Assembly: GCA_045106715.1 (NCBI GenBank)
Contig: JBGCFC010000009.1
Location: 192,001 to 256,000 of the forward strand
DNA: 64,000 nucleotides
DNA from: Sandaracinaceae bacterium
Lineage (GTDB): Bacteria; Myxococcota_A; Polyangia; Polyangiales; Sandaracinaceae
Reading direction: 5' to 3'
A model generated the notes under the pieces. That model ran no database searches, was not told where the DNA came from, and worked only from the letters and a program-made list of their open reading frames with translations. Below are positions 9,138 through 18,084 of this stretch, piece after piece (the stretch's first letter is position 1; the number at the start of each line of letters is the position of its first letter). The position numbers and the translations under genes are program-made.

Positions 9138-10892
9138 TCAGAACCACGCGTCCTCCATGTCCAAGTACGACCGCTCCGCGCTCTCGCATCGGGCGACCAA
9201 CGGCGCCACGCGCGGGAGCTCGGTGGCGAACCAGTAGCGGGCGCCTTGCCGAAGGCCCCGCGCGAGATCCGAGTCTGGCGCGTTCCTCTGCGCGGCATTG
9301 TCCAGCTTCACGTGCATCCAGCCCACGACCAGCACGGAGAACAGCTCGAGGAAGTCGGCGCTGTGGCCGAGCATGCCCTCGAGGTCGCCGGTGAGTCCGC
9401 GTTGGCCGAGCGTCGCGACGAGCGCGCCGACGCGGTTGAGGGCGTCGGTCAGCGCTTCGGCTTCCATCTCGAGATCGAAGGCCGCGAGGTCCGCGGTGAC
9501 CGCCTGCGCCAGGCCCATCCACGCCGCGCCGCCTTTGGCGACGACCTTGCGCCCCAGCAGATCCAGGCTCTGGATGCCCGTCGTGCCCTCATGGATGCTG
9601 TTGAGCTTCTGGTCCCGCATCCACGCTTCGGGCCGGTACTCGCTGGAGTAGCCGTAGCCGCCGTGGATCTGCACGGACAGCACGTTGGACTCGAACCCGT
9701 GCTCCGCGGGGAAGCTCTTCGTCACGGGCGTGAGCAAGTCCAGCATGAGCTGCGCCGCGTGGTCGCCCCCCCCGGCGAGGTCCGCGTAGCGAGCGGTGAC
9801 CGCGGCGAGGCACAGGCTACCGTCGACGATGGCCTTCTGACGGAGGAGCATGCGCCGTACGTCGGGGTGGGAGATCAGCGAGACGGGTGGGCTGTCGGTG
9901 TCGCGCACGCCAAGAGGCCGCCCTTGGGTGCGTTCCCGCGCGTACGCGAGCGACTCGTGGTAGGCGACGGAGGCGGTGGCGATGGCATTGACGCCGACCA
10001 TCAGCCGGGCCTCGTTCATCATCTGAAACATGCAGCGCAGCCCGCGGTGCGGCTCGCCGACGAGCCAGCCCACGCAGTCGCCCTCGCTGCCGAACGCGAG
10101 GGCCAGGCTCGGGAGCGCACGCCAGCCGATCTTGTGGATCATGCCGCTGACCGCAACGTCGTTGTCGACCAGTCCGTCGTCGGTCGGGCGCCGCTTCGGC
10201 ACCGCGAACAGGCTGATCCCGCGTGTGCCGGCGGGGGCGCCTTCGATGCGTGCGAGCACCAGATGCACGATGTTCTCCGCCGCGTCGTGGTCTCCCCCGC
10301 TGATGAAGATCTTCGCGCCGTCGATCCGGTAGGTGCCGTCGTCGTGCGGGGTCGCTTTGGTGGTCAGGTCGCCGAGGCTGCTGCCCGCCTGCGGCTCGGT
10401 CAACGCCATCGTTCCCGTCCAGCGGCCGTCGTACATCGGCTCCATGAAGAGACGTTTCACCCTCTCATCACCGAAGGCCTCGATGAGGTGCGCCGCCCCC
10501 GCCGTGAGCCCGAGCACACCCGTCGCGGACAGGTTCCCGGCCATCAGGTAGGCGTGGGCCAACGACGCGACCGTATGCGGGAGCTGGGCGCCCCCGACCG
10601 CCTCAGGGCGCGTGGCGGAGACGATGCCGAGCTCCGTGAGCTGGGCGATCGCGCGCTTCATCTCGGGATGCAGCAGGACCCGGCCGTCCTCGAACGTCGG
10701 GCCTTCGCGGTCGGTGATGCTGTAGGTGGGCAGCAGCACTTCACGGGCGACGCGTCGGCACGCGCCGAGATAGAGGTCGAACGTCTCACGGGTGTGCTCC
10801 GCGTATCGCGGCAGCGAGAGCAGCCCGTCGACGTCGACGACATGCGAGAGGAGGAGGTCGACCACACGGTCGTCGATCAGCGGATTCGACAC
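9138..10892 (-). CDS. acyl-CoA dehydrogenase (long AidB/FadE-like type)
   Basis: ACAD N, middle and C domains, e.g. TEPQAGSSLGD, GxKIFISGGDHD, QIHGGYGY. Confidence 0.9.
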   Translation of the reverse strand: MSNPLIDDRVVDLLLSHVVDVDGLLSLPRYAEHTRETFDLYLGACRRVAREVLLPTYSITDREGPTFEDGRVLLHPEMKRAIAQLTELGIVSATRPEAVGGAQLPHTVASLAHAYLMAGNLSATGVLGLTAGAAHLIEAFGDERVKRLFMEPMYDGRWTGTMALTEPQAGSSLGDLTTKATPHDDGTYRIDGAKIFISGGDHDAAENIVHLVLARIEGAPAGTRGISLFAVPKRRPTDDGLVDNDVAVSGMIHKIGWRALPSLALAFGSEGDCVGWLVGEPHRGLRCMFQMMNEARLMVGVNAIATASVAYHESLAYARERTQGRPLGVRDTDSPPVSLISHPDVRRMLLRQKAIVDGSLCLAAVTARYADLAGGGDHAAQLMLDLLTPVTKSFPAEHGFESNVLSVQIHGGYGYSSEYRPEAWMRDQKLNSIHEGTTGIQSLDLLGRKVVAKGGAAWMGLAQAVTADLAAFDLEMEAEALTDALNRVGALVATLGQRGLTGDLEGMLGHSADFLELFSVLVVGWMHVKLDNAAQRNAPDSDLARGLRQGARYWFATELPRVAPLVARCESAERSYLDMEDAWF

Positions 10893-10976
10893 GCGCGCAC
10901 CTTACTAAAACGAGATTCTCACCGCGACCGTCGTGCGAGCCGTTTCACCCAGCCGCCGGTTTGCTACGCTTGGCCA

Positions 10977-11432
10977 ATGCGCTTGTCTTCCTGCTCTTCG
11001 TGTGACGCCTTCCTCCCTCCGACCGCTTCGGCCTGTCCGCACTGTGCTCACGTTGCGGCGATCCAGAAGCCAGCAAAGAAGGCGGCTCGCCCGCTGCGTG
11101 GCCTCATGGCGATCGGCGCCGGTGGCCTGCTCTCGATGACGCTGTCGGCGTGTTACGGCGCAGTTGTGGATCCGTCGTTCGACTCCGGGCCGTTCCCGGA
11201 GATCGACGCCGGCAACGACTCTGGCCTGGTGATCGACTCAGGCGGCCCCACCCCCACGGACTCAGGCGTGGAAGACGCGGGCTCGGAAGACGCGGGGGCC
11301 GACAGCGGTGCCGCGGACGGCGGTGCGGAGACGGATGGCGGCGCGGAGGCGGACGGCGGCGCGGACGGCGGCGCTGAAGCGGACGGCGGCGCTGAAGCGG
11401 ACGGCGGCACCGGCGACGATGCTGGCGCGTGA
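10977..11432 (+). CDS. small zinc-ribbon / membrane-anchor protein with C-terminal Gly/Asp/Ala-rich hexapeptide repeats (candidate rSAM substrate)
   Basis: ATG at 10977, in frame with the long ORF 8775-11432 whose upstream part is antisense to the ACAD. N-terminus is CSSC...CPHC, followed by a hydrophobic segment with LSAC, then (D/A)GGAE(A/T)DGG repeats. The stop overlaps the GTG start of the rSAM gene (GTGA). Confidence 0.55.
   Translation: MRLSSCSSCDAFLPPTASACPHCAHVAAIQKPAKKAARPLRGLMAIGAGGLLSMTLSACYGAVVDPSFDSGPFPEIDAGNDSGLVIDSGGPTPTDSGVEDAGSEDAGADSGAADGGAETDGGAEADGGADGGAEADGGAEADGGTGDDAGA
11320..11420 (+). repeat. imperfect 18-bp tandem repeats (gcggacggcggcgctgaa) encoding AEADGG units
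   Basis: Direct reading of the sequence shows about 4-5 units. Confidence 0.6.
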
Positions 11433-12709
11433 CGCAGGCATCTGAGGATCGGGAGCGCGGCGGACGCCGTCGCCTTCCGGTGCTCGCAGGCAACCTCCAC
11501 CCCCGCTACGTCGTTTGGGAGCTCACGCTCCTGTGCGACCACGCGTGCACGCACTGCGGTTCACGCGCCGGGGTGGCGCGTGAACACGAGCTGTCGACGA
11601 GGGAGGCGCTCGCAGTCGTCGAGGAACTCGCCGCGCTCGGCGCCGGCGAGGTGGTGCTCATCGGCGGTGAGGCGTACCTGCACCCGGGCTTCCTGGAGGT
11701 GGTGTCCGCGCTGCGCGAGGCGTCCATCACGCCGGTGATGACCACTGGCGGCCGCGGGGTCGACGCTGCGCTGGCGCGCCGGATGGCCGAAGCGGGCATG
11801 CAGCGCGTGGGGGTGAGTGTCGACGGGCTCCGCGAGACCCACGACCAGATGCGCGCCCGGAAGGGCTCCTTCGACGACGCGCTTCGTTGCATCGAGGTCT
11901 GCCGAGAGGCCGGCCTGAAGGTGACCGCCAACACCAACCTCAACCGCCTCAACGAGGCGGACTTCGAAGCGCTCTACGAGGTGTTGCGCGACGCGGGCGC
12001 ACGGGGCTGGCAGGTCCAGCTGACGGCGCCGCTCGGGCGCGCGGCGGACCGCCCCGAGATGCTGCTTCAGCCCTACGACCTGCCCGCGTTGTTTCCGCGC
12101 ATCGCGGCGATCAAGCAGCGTGGCTTGCGCGAGGGGATGCTGTTGATGCCGGGAAACAACCTCGGCTACTTTGGTCCCGAGGAGGGCCTCCTGCGGTCTC
12201 AGCGCCCGAGCCACAACGACCACTTCGGCGGCTGCCAGGCGGGTCGCTACGTGATGGGCATCGAGAGCGACGGCGCCGTGAAGGGCTGTCCCTCCCTCCA
12301 GACCAAGAGCTATGTCGGTGGAAACGTCGCGGACGGTCTGGCCGCGGTTTGGAACGACGCGCCCAAGCTCGCCTTCGCGCGCGAGCGCACCGTCGAGGAC
12401 CTTTGGGGGTTCTGCCGAGAGTGCCCCTACGCGAGCACGTGTCTCGGCGGGTGCACGTTTACGGCGCACAGCTTCTTCGGGCGCCCGGGCAACCAACCCT
12501 ACTGCCACTACCGCGCGCTCGAGCACGGCCGCCGGGGGCTAAGAGAGAGGCTCGTGCCCAAGGACGCCGCCGACGGGCAGCCGTTCGACCACGGCCTGTT
12601 CGACATCGTCGTTGAGCCGGCGGGCGCCCCTGAGCCGGCCCGCCCCGAACGGCACACGCTGGTTCAACTGACGCGCCCTCACACGAGGCGCGGCGCGCCG
12701 CCTTCGTGA
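11429..12709 (+). CDS. radical SAM / SPASM-domain protein (peptide-modifying maturase class)
   Basis: Radical SAM cluster motif CDHACTHC (Cx3Cx2C). C-terminal SPASM cysteines GGCQAG...GCPS...CRECPYASTCLGGC (Cx2Cx5Cx3C). Confidence 0.85.
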   Translation: MTQASEDRERGGRRRLPVLAGNLHPRYVVWELTLLCDHACTHCGSRAGVAREHELSTREALAVVEELAALGAGEVVLIGGEAYLHPGFLEVVSALREASITPVMTTGGRGVDAALARRMAEAGMQRVGVSVDGLRETHDQMRARKGSFDDALRCIEVCREAGLKVTANTNLNRLNEADFEALYEVLRDAGARGWQVQLTAPLGRAADRPEMLLQPYDLPALFPRIAAIKQRGLREGMLLMPGNNLGYFGPEEGLLRSQRPSHNDHFGGCQAGRYVMGIESDGAVKGCPSLQTKSYVGGNVADGLAAVWNDAPKLAFARERTVEDLWGFCRECPYASTCLGGCTFTAHSFFGRPGNQPYCHYRALEHGRRGLRERLVPKDAADGQPFDHGLFDIVVEPAGAPEPARPERHTLVQLTRPHTRRGAPPS

Positions 12710-12759
12710 GTTCGATGTCCGCTTGAAATGTCTCTGGGTCTGGCGCAGTCCATCAGCAC

Positions 12760-15468
12760 GTGTCCGTCCCGCTTTCGCTGCGCATCCCCAATCCTCCGGC
12801 CGATTTTGTCGGCCGTGACGACCTCCTGGCGCGGGTTTCGAGCGCGCTCCGGGACGGACCGGCGGTGGTGTTGGTGGGGCAGGGGGGGATCGGAAAGACC
12901 GCGCTCGCGCTCTCCGCGGCGAAGACGCTCCCGCCCGGAGGACTCTTCGTGCGCCTCCCAGAGGGGACGCCGGAGCCCTTCGGTCCGCTCCTTCGCGCGC
13001 TCTCCGAGGTGAGCGGCCAGCCTGGCGGGCAAGGCCTCGCGGGGGTGGCGCATCCGGATGAGAAGTTGGCCCGTGCGATCGATCTCGCCGACGCCCTGGT
13101 GCCGCTCTTGGTGGTCGACGATGCGCACGCGTCTGGCGTTCCGGCGCTCTCCCATCTCGTGAACGGCGTCATCGACTACGCGCAGCGCGCCCGCTGGCTG
13201 TTCACCAGCCGAGAGGAACTCCCTCAACTGTCGCCTACGCGCCAGCTGACGGTGGACCGCCTCCCCTCCGAGTCTCTCTCGGACCTGGCTGCGCGCTGGG
13301 CCCCGGAGCTCGAGTCCGCCGAGCGTGCCCGCGCGCTGCGCCGGGCGGAGGGCTCGCCGTTCCGCTTGATGTCCGTGCTGCGCGGCGAGCTCCCGGACCG
13401 CGCCGAAGACCCGGCGGTCGAGGAGGGGCGGCAGCTCTTGGCGTTGCTGCGCCGGCCCGTTCGGGCCGACCAGATCGGTCTCCTCCCCCGCGTGTGGGAG
13501 GCCTTGGAGGAGCGTGGCTTGCTCGTCCGGCGCGGCCCACGGGTCTCGATGCACGATGCCGCGCGACCCCGACATCGGGACTTGGATCTGCTCCGCTCGG
13601 ATGTGGTCTCCCACCTGCTGGAGCGGATCGGAGGCGACCCCGACGCGACGCTCGAGCAGATCCGCCTCCGGCTTCTCCGTGACGAGCCCCACGAGGCCGC
13701 CGCCTGTCTCGAGGCGGAGGGCCCGCGCCTGATCGAAGAGGGTTTCACCCCGGAGCTCGCGACACTCGTGCCGCCCGACGCGGACGGGCCCCTGCAGGGC
13801 TGGGGACTGCGCATCGCAGCCGAGCACGGCGAGGACCTGCACCGGCTCTCGGCGCCGGGGGCGGGCGCCGACTTGGCCACCGAGGCGGCTTGGCTGGAGG
13901 TCCGCTATACGCTCGAAGACCGCGCACCGACGGTCGCCCTTGCAGACGCGGTCGCAGCTCGGGGACGCGCTGAAGGCGCGCTCGAGGTGGCCTGCCGGGC
14001 GGATCTGATCGGCGCGTCGACCGCCATGATGCTCGGCGACTTCGACCGGGCCACCACGATTCTCGCGGCCGCCCGCCCGGTGACACCCGCGCACAGCCTC
14101 CAGGTCACCGCGGTCGAAGCGATGATCGCCGCGCTGCATGGAGACGCCGCCGGAGCCGAGGCGCGCCTGCGCCGGGTCGAGGCCCGGATCGACGAGACGG
14201 CGGGCAACGACCGCGGCTCGCTGCTCTACAACCTCGCGCTTGTGTTTCACATGCTCAAGCGACCGCTGGACGCGGCCCGTCTGCTCGAGCGCGCCATCCC
14301 CGACGACGAGCTCACGACGACGGCGGTGCTCGGGCGCCGCATGCTCGAAATGGACGCCCATCTCGCGGTGCTGGCGGGCAACCTTCCACGCGCCGAGCGG
14401 CGCTTGAAGCGGATGAAGCGCTTCGTGCCGCCGGGCCTACCGACCGATGGACGCGCCACGCTCGTGGCGGCGCACCTCGATCTTCTGAAAGGACGGCTTC
14501 CGCGCGCGAAGCGGCAGCTCGAGCGGGCGCTGGCGGTGGCGGAGGGCTACGGCGGCGTGGAGGACCTCGCGTTTGGGCGGGCCATGCTCGCGCAGCTGTG
14601 TTGGCGAGAAGACCGCCCGCCCGATCCCCTCCCAAAGAGCGCGGGGGTCTCGGCCGCGATCGCCGCTGGCTGGAACGCGTTGGCCGTGCTTTCGCATGAG
14701 GGGAGCGGCCGGATGCCCGACGGTGTGGCGTCCGACGAGCGTGCGGACATCGCGCGCCTGCACAGCGCGATCGAGGCCTGGCTGACCGAGGGCAAAGCCG
14801 CCCGAGCACACGGGTTGCCCGGTCTCGTCGAGCGCGAGACCGCGGCGCCCCATGCTCTGGTTTGGGCGGCTTGGGCGGCGGAAGTACGTATCGCCGCGGG
14901 GGGCGCGTTCGCGGTCGATGGTGCGCTCGCGCTCGCCCGTTCCATGGGCGCGTCCGAGTTCGAGAGCGCGCTCGAGACGCTCGCCCTCGTCGAGGCCGAA
15001 GACGTGGCGGCCGTGATCGCCCACGCGCGGTCCGGGGTGAGCCTCGCTCGCTCCCTGGTGGGCGGCGGCGCCTCCGGCCAGCTGCGGGCCTCGCTGCTCG
15101 CCCGGCTGCGCGCGCACCTCGGCTGGGGTGCCGCGGTCGGCGCTCTCGACCCCAGCGGGCTCGTCGTCGACGAGGGGCGTGGTCGGGTCTACGCGGCCGG
15201 CGGTGAGGTGAGGTTCCGGAGCGGAGCCAAGCCGCTCTCGTTGCTCGGTGCGCTCGCGGCGACCCCAAAGGGCGCCAGCAAAGAGGCGCTCAACCAACGT
15301 GTCTGGGGCACGGAGGAATACCACCCGCTCCGCCACGACAACCGTCTGCGGGTCGCCGCCCGCAAGCTCCGTAAGCGCGTCGAGCCGCTGCTCGAGAGCC
15401 CGCTGCTCGACACGCTCGAGGACGGCTACGTGCTGACGCGGCCTGTCCGGTGGCTCTCGCCCCGCTGA
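12760..15468 (+). CDS. STAND-class P-loop NTPase regulator with C-terminal OmpR/PhoB-type winged-helix DNA-binding domain
   Basis: Walker A GQGGIGKT and hhhhDD Walker B (LLVVDDAH). Long helical/TPR-like middle. C-terminus LNQRVWGTEEY...DNRLRVAARKLRKRV resembles trans_reg_C. Confidence 0.7.
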   Translation: MSVPLSLRIPNPPADFVGRDDLLARVSSALRDGPAVVLVGQGGIGKTALALSAAKTLPPGGLFVRLPEGTPEPFGPLLRALSEVSGQPGGQGLAGVAHPDEKLARAIDLADALVPLLVVDDAHASGVPALSHLVNGVIDYAQRARWLFTSREELPQLSPTRQLTVDRLPSESLSDLAARWAPELESAERARALRRAEGSPFRLMSVLRGELPDRAEDPAVEEGRQLLALLRRPVRADQIGLLPRVWEALEERGLLVRRGPRVSMHDAARPRHRDLDLLRSDVVSHLLERIGGDPDATLEQIRLRLLRDEPHEAAACLEAEGPRLIEEGFTPELATLVPPDADGPLQGWGLRIAAEHGEDLHRLSAPGAGADLATEAAWLEVRYTLEDRAPTVALADAVAARGRAEGALEVACRADLIGASTAMMLGDFDRATTILAAARPVTPAHSLQVTAVEAMIAALHGDAAGAEARLRRVEARIDETAGNDRGSLLYNLALVFHMLKRPLDAARLLERAIPDDELTTTAVLGRRMLEMDAHLAVLAGNLPRAERRLKRMKRFVPPGLPTDGRATLVAAHLDLLKGRLPRAKRQLERALAVAEGYGGVEDLAFGRAMLAQLCWREDRPPDPLPKSAGVSAAIAAGWNALAVLSHEGSGRMPDGVASDERADIARLHSAIEAWLTEGKAARAHGLPGLVERETAAPHALVWAAWAAEVRIAAGGAFAVDGALALARSMGASEFESALETLALVEAEDVAAVIAHARSGVSLARSLVGGGASGQLRASLLARLRAHLGWGAAVGALDPSGLVVDEGRGRVYAAGGEVRFRSGAKPLSLLGALAATPKGASKEALNQRVWGTEEYHPLRHDNRLRVAARKLRKRVEPLLESPLLDTLEDGYVLTRPVRWLSPR

Positions 15469-15472
15469 CTCC

Positions 15473-17419
15473 TCACGCCGAAGTGCGGAACGGGCCGGTG
15501 GGCGTGTGCGACGGGCGCTTGGGCTTGCGCGGGTTCTTGCCGAAGCTCGTCGAGATCACCGCGCCGAGACCGGCGAGTGCTGCGCCCGTGACCAACACGG
15601 AGCCGACGAACGGGATGAGACCGACCAAGAACAGCACACCGACACCGACCGCCAGCTGCGCCACGGGTCGCTCCTTGAGACCGGGCAGCGGGAGGACTGT
15701 GCCAAGCCAGTAGGCGCCTGTCCCCCAACCCAGCACATAGCCGCTCGCCAGCAACGCGCCGATCACCATCGCGCCGGGGATGCCGATGATCGTCAGCGTG
15801 AACACGAGCGCGAGGGCGCCGCCGCCCAAGGCTCCGAACAGACCGCCGAACGTGCTCCGCACCGGCCGCGCCGCGAGCTCGTCCCGCAGCGTGGAGAAGC
15901 GGTCGCGGCCCGCGCCGAGCATCAGAAGACCGAACAGGAACAGCAGCGCGTTCCACAGCGCCCAGCGATAGACGCCCGATTCCTCGCCGTCACGGTGGCC
16001 GACATGAACATCCCCAGTGTGGCCGGTGCCCACGATCTGGCCGTACAGCACGGCCGATTCGTGCACTTCGATGCTGCCGCCCATCGCGTTGAGGTCGCCG
16101 TGCACCCGCGCGGCGGGGCCGAGCTCGATGTCGCCGCCCATCGTCGTCACGTTGCCGACCACCTCGCCGTCGACCGAGGCGTCGCCGCCCATCGTGACGA
16201 TGTCGCCGTACGCGTGACCGAGCACCTGCGCATCTCCGCCCATCGTGTAGACGCCGCGCACCCGCTGCTCGCGCCCGACGTCGGCATCATCGCCGAGCGT
16301 GACGAGGTCGTTGAACACGTTGTTCTGCGCGCTCGCCAAGGCCGGCGGCGGGGTCGGGGGCATCGGTGGGATCGGCGGGGGGGCCGGGGCCCACGGGATG
16401 GCGTCAGTCGCGGGCGCGCGCGGCGAGGCCCGGACAGGGGCGCTGGACGGATCCCACGGGATGGTCCGAATCGCGGGCGCTCGCGGCGGAAAGCGGACAG
16501 GGGCGGTCAGGGTCTCCGGCGTCACTGCGTCGGTCGGGGGCTCTTCCGGGACGGTGTCGTCCGCCTGCCCCTGCGACACCGGGTCGGGGCGAATGGTGAG
16601 CAGCGACGCGCCGGGGCGCACCACGACATCGCGCTCGCCCAGCAGCGCCTCGATCACCTCGTCGATGGGCGCGCCAGACAGGTGCATCGTCACCGGTGTG
16701 TCGTCTTCGAGCTCCATCACGACGCCGAGCCCCGCCGAGGCGGCCGCCTGACGCAGCGCCTCGGACGTGGGCTGACGCTCAACCGCGATCTCCACCTGGG
16801 GCATCGGATCGGGCCAGCTTCCGTCGACGCGGTAGGCCTGCGAGACGTTGGGGAGCGCGACGACCATCAACAGCAGCGCTCCCGCCGCACCGGTGACGAG
16901 CGAGCCGCTGCCGTGGCGCAGCAGGAGCCGCGTCGGCACGGCCAAGACCAAGGACGCGATGAGGCCGAGGATGGCCAGCCCGATCCAGCCGCCCGGCAGG
17001 CTCGACTCCACGATGCGGTCGGCGGCACGCGCGAGGGTCAGCACCTGGCTGCCGGCCGTGCCCAGCCCGGAGACCCCCAGCCCGGGGGCGCTCATCACCG
17101 CGAGGCCGGCCGCGAGCAGACCGCCGATCCCCGCGCCCATCCAGAGGCTCCGTCGGCTCGGTGCGGCCGTCGCGAGCGCCGCTTCCGCCGGGGCCAGCTC
17201 CATCGCCCGGGCGATCATCTGGTCGAGATCGTCGATCGGCGGCATGGCCCGCTTGAGCCCGAGCACCGCGTCGGCGGCGCTCTCCACCTCTTCCGCCACC
17301 CGCGCCGCGCAGACCGCGCAGCTGTCCAAATGACCCAGCTGGGCCTCGCTGACGAGCTCCTCTCGCCCGGTGGCGAGCGCCTCCAGCGCCACGACGTCGA
17401 GATGCGGCATCTCGGTCAT
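15473..17419 (-). CDS. zinc-dependent anti-sigma factor (HxxxCxxC) with TM segments, Pro-rich linker and bactofilin-like (polymer-forming) repeat domain
   Basis: The ATG overlaps the sigma stop (ATGA). N-terminus HLDSCAVCAARV. Repeats TMGGDAQVLGHAYGDIVTMGGDASVDGEVVGNVTTMGGDIEL... Multiple TM helices at the C-terminus. Confidence 0.7.
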   Translation of the reverse strand: MTEMPHLDVVALEALATGREELVSEAQLGHLDSCAVCAARVAEEVESAADAVLGLKRAMPPIDDLDQMIARAMELAPAEAALATAAPSRRSLWMGAGIGGLLAAGLAVMSAPGLGVSGLGTAGSQVLTLARAADRIVESSLPGGWIGLAILGLIASLVLAVPTRLLLRHGSGSLVTGAAGALLLMVVALPNVSQAYRVDGSWPDPMPQVEIAVERQPTSEALRQAAASAGLGVVMELEDDTPVTMHLSGAPIDEVIEALLGERDVVVRPGASLLTIRPDPVSQGQADDTVPEEPPTDAVTPETLTAPVRFPPRAPAIRTIPWDPSSAPVRASPRAPATDAIPWAPAPPPIPPMPPTPPPALASAQNNVFNDLVTLGDDADVGREQRVRGVYTMGGDAQVLGHAYGDIVTMGGDASVDGEVVGNVTTMGGDIELGPAARVHGDLNAMGGSIEVHESAVLYGQIVGTGHTGDVHVGHRDGEESGVYRWALWNALLFLFGLLMLGAGRDRFSTLRDELAARPVRSTFGGLFGALGGGALALVFTLTIIGIPGAMVIGALLASGYVLGWGTGAYWLGTVLPLPGLKERPVAQLAVGVGVLFLVGLIPFVGSVLVTGAALAGLGAVISTSFGKNPRKPKRPSHTPTGPFRTSA

Positions 17420-18054
17420 GCCGAGGCCTCGCTGAGCGCCTTGCGCAGGCGCTTCCGCCCCCGATGGAGCCACGTCATCACGGTACCCATGGGCACCTCG
17501 AGAGTGCTCGCGATCTCCTCGTACGTCGAGCCATGCACGTGATAGAGCACGACCGCGAGGCGCATTTTCTCCGGCAAGGTCTCCAGCGCGGCGGACAGAC
17601 GCTCCGTTTCGATGCGCGCAAGGGCGACCCGCTCGGGGGTGGGCGCGTCGCTCGGGACCCACTCGGTCGCCTCGTCGCCGTCGCTGCTGAAGGTGCGTCG
17701 CTCCAGCCCGCGGCGACGCAGGCGGTCGCGGCAGAGATTGCGGGTGACCGTGAGCGCCCAGGTCTTGAAGCTGCCCTTGTCCGGGTCGAATTTGCGGATG
17801 GACGTGACGATCCGCTCCAGCGACTCCTGGGTGGCGTCGTGGGCGTCGTCCCGCCCGGCGACATACCGGCAGACGTCGTGGATGGCGCGCGCGTGCTCCC
17901 GGAGCAACGCCTCGAGGGCGTTCCGGTCACCGTCGCTCGCTCGCTGTTCCAGTGACGCCTCGATGCCGATCCTCCGCTCGACCTGGGCCGTGCCGGCGAC
18001 GGAGTATGCCGGTCCGAGCGGCAGAGAGAGGGAACGAATGAGAGGCATCAGCAT
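17416..18054 (-). CDS. ECF (group IV) sigma-70 factor
   Basis: Sigma-70 region 2 (FKTWALTVTRNLCRDRLRRR) and region 4 (LAVVLYHVHGSTYEEIASTLEVPMGTVMTWLHRGRKRLR). Confidence 0.85.
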   Translation of the reverse strand: MLMPLIRSLSLPLGPAYSVAGTAQVERRIGIEASLEQRASDGDRNALEALLREHARAIHDVCRYVAGRDDAHDATQESLERIVTSIRKFDPDKGSFKTWALTVTRNLCRDRLRRRGLERRTFSSDGDEATEWVPSDAPTPERVALARIETERLSAALETLPEKMRLAVVLYHVHGSTYEEIASTLEVPMGTVMTWLHRGRKRLRKALSEASA

Positions 18055-18084
18055 GCGCGGAGGTCCTTACGGGGCCTCGGGGGC

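Noticed and set aside
8775-10976. Long plus-strand ORF upstream of the zinc-ribbon/Gly-Asp repeat protein
   Set aside because: It is antisense to the acyl-CoA dehydrogenase and R-rich. Only the last 151 codons (from ATG 10977) look coding.
12679-17542. ORFs 12679-14361 (minus) and 15506-17542 (plus)
   Set aside because: They are antisense to the STAND NTPase and the anti-sigma factor respectively.
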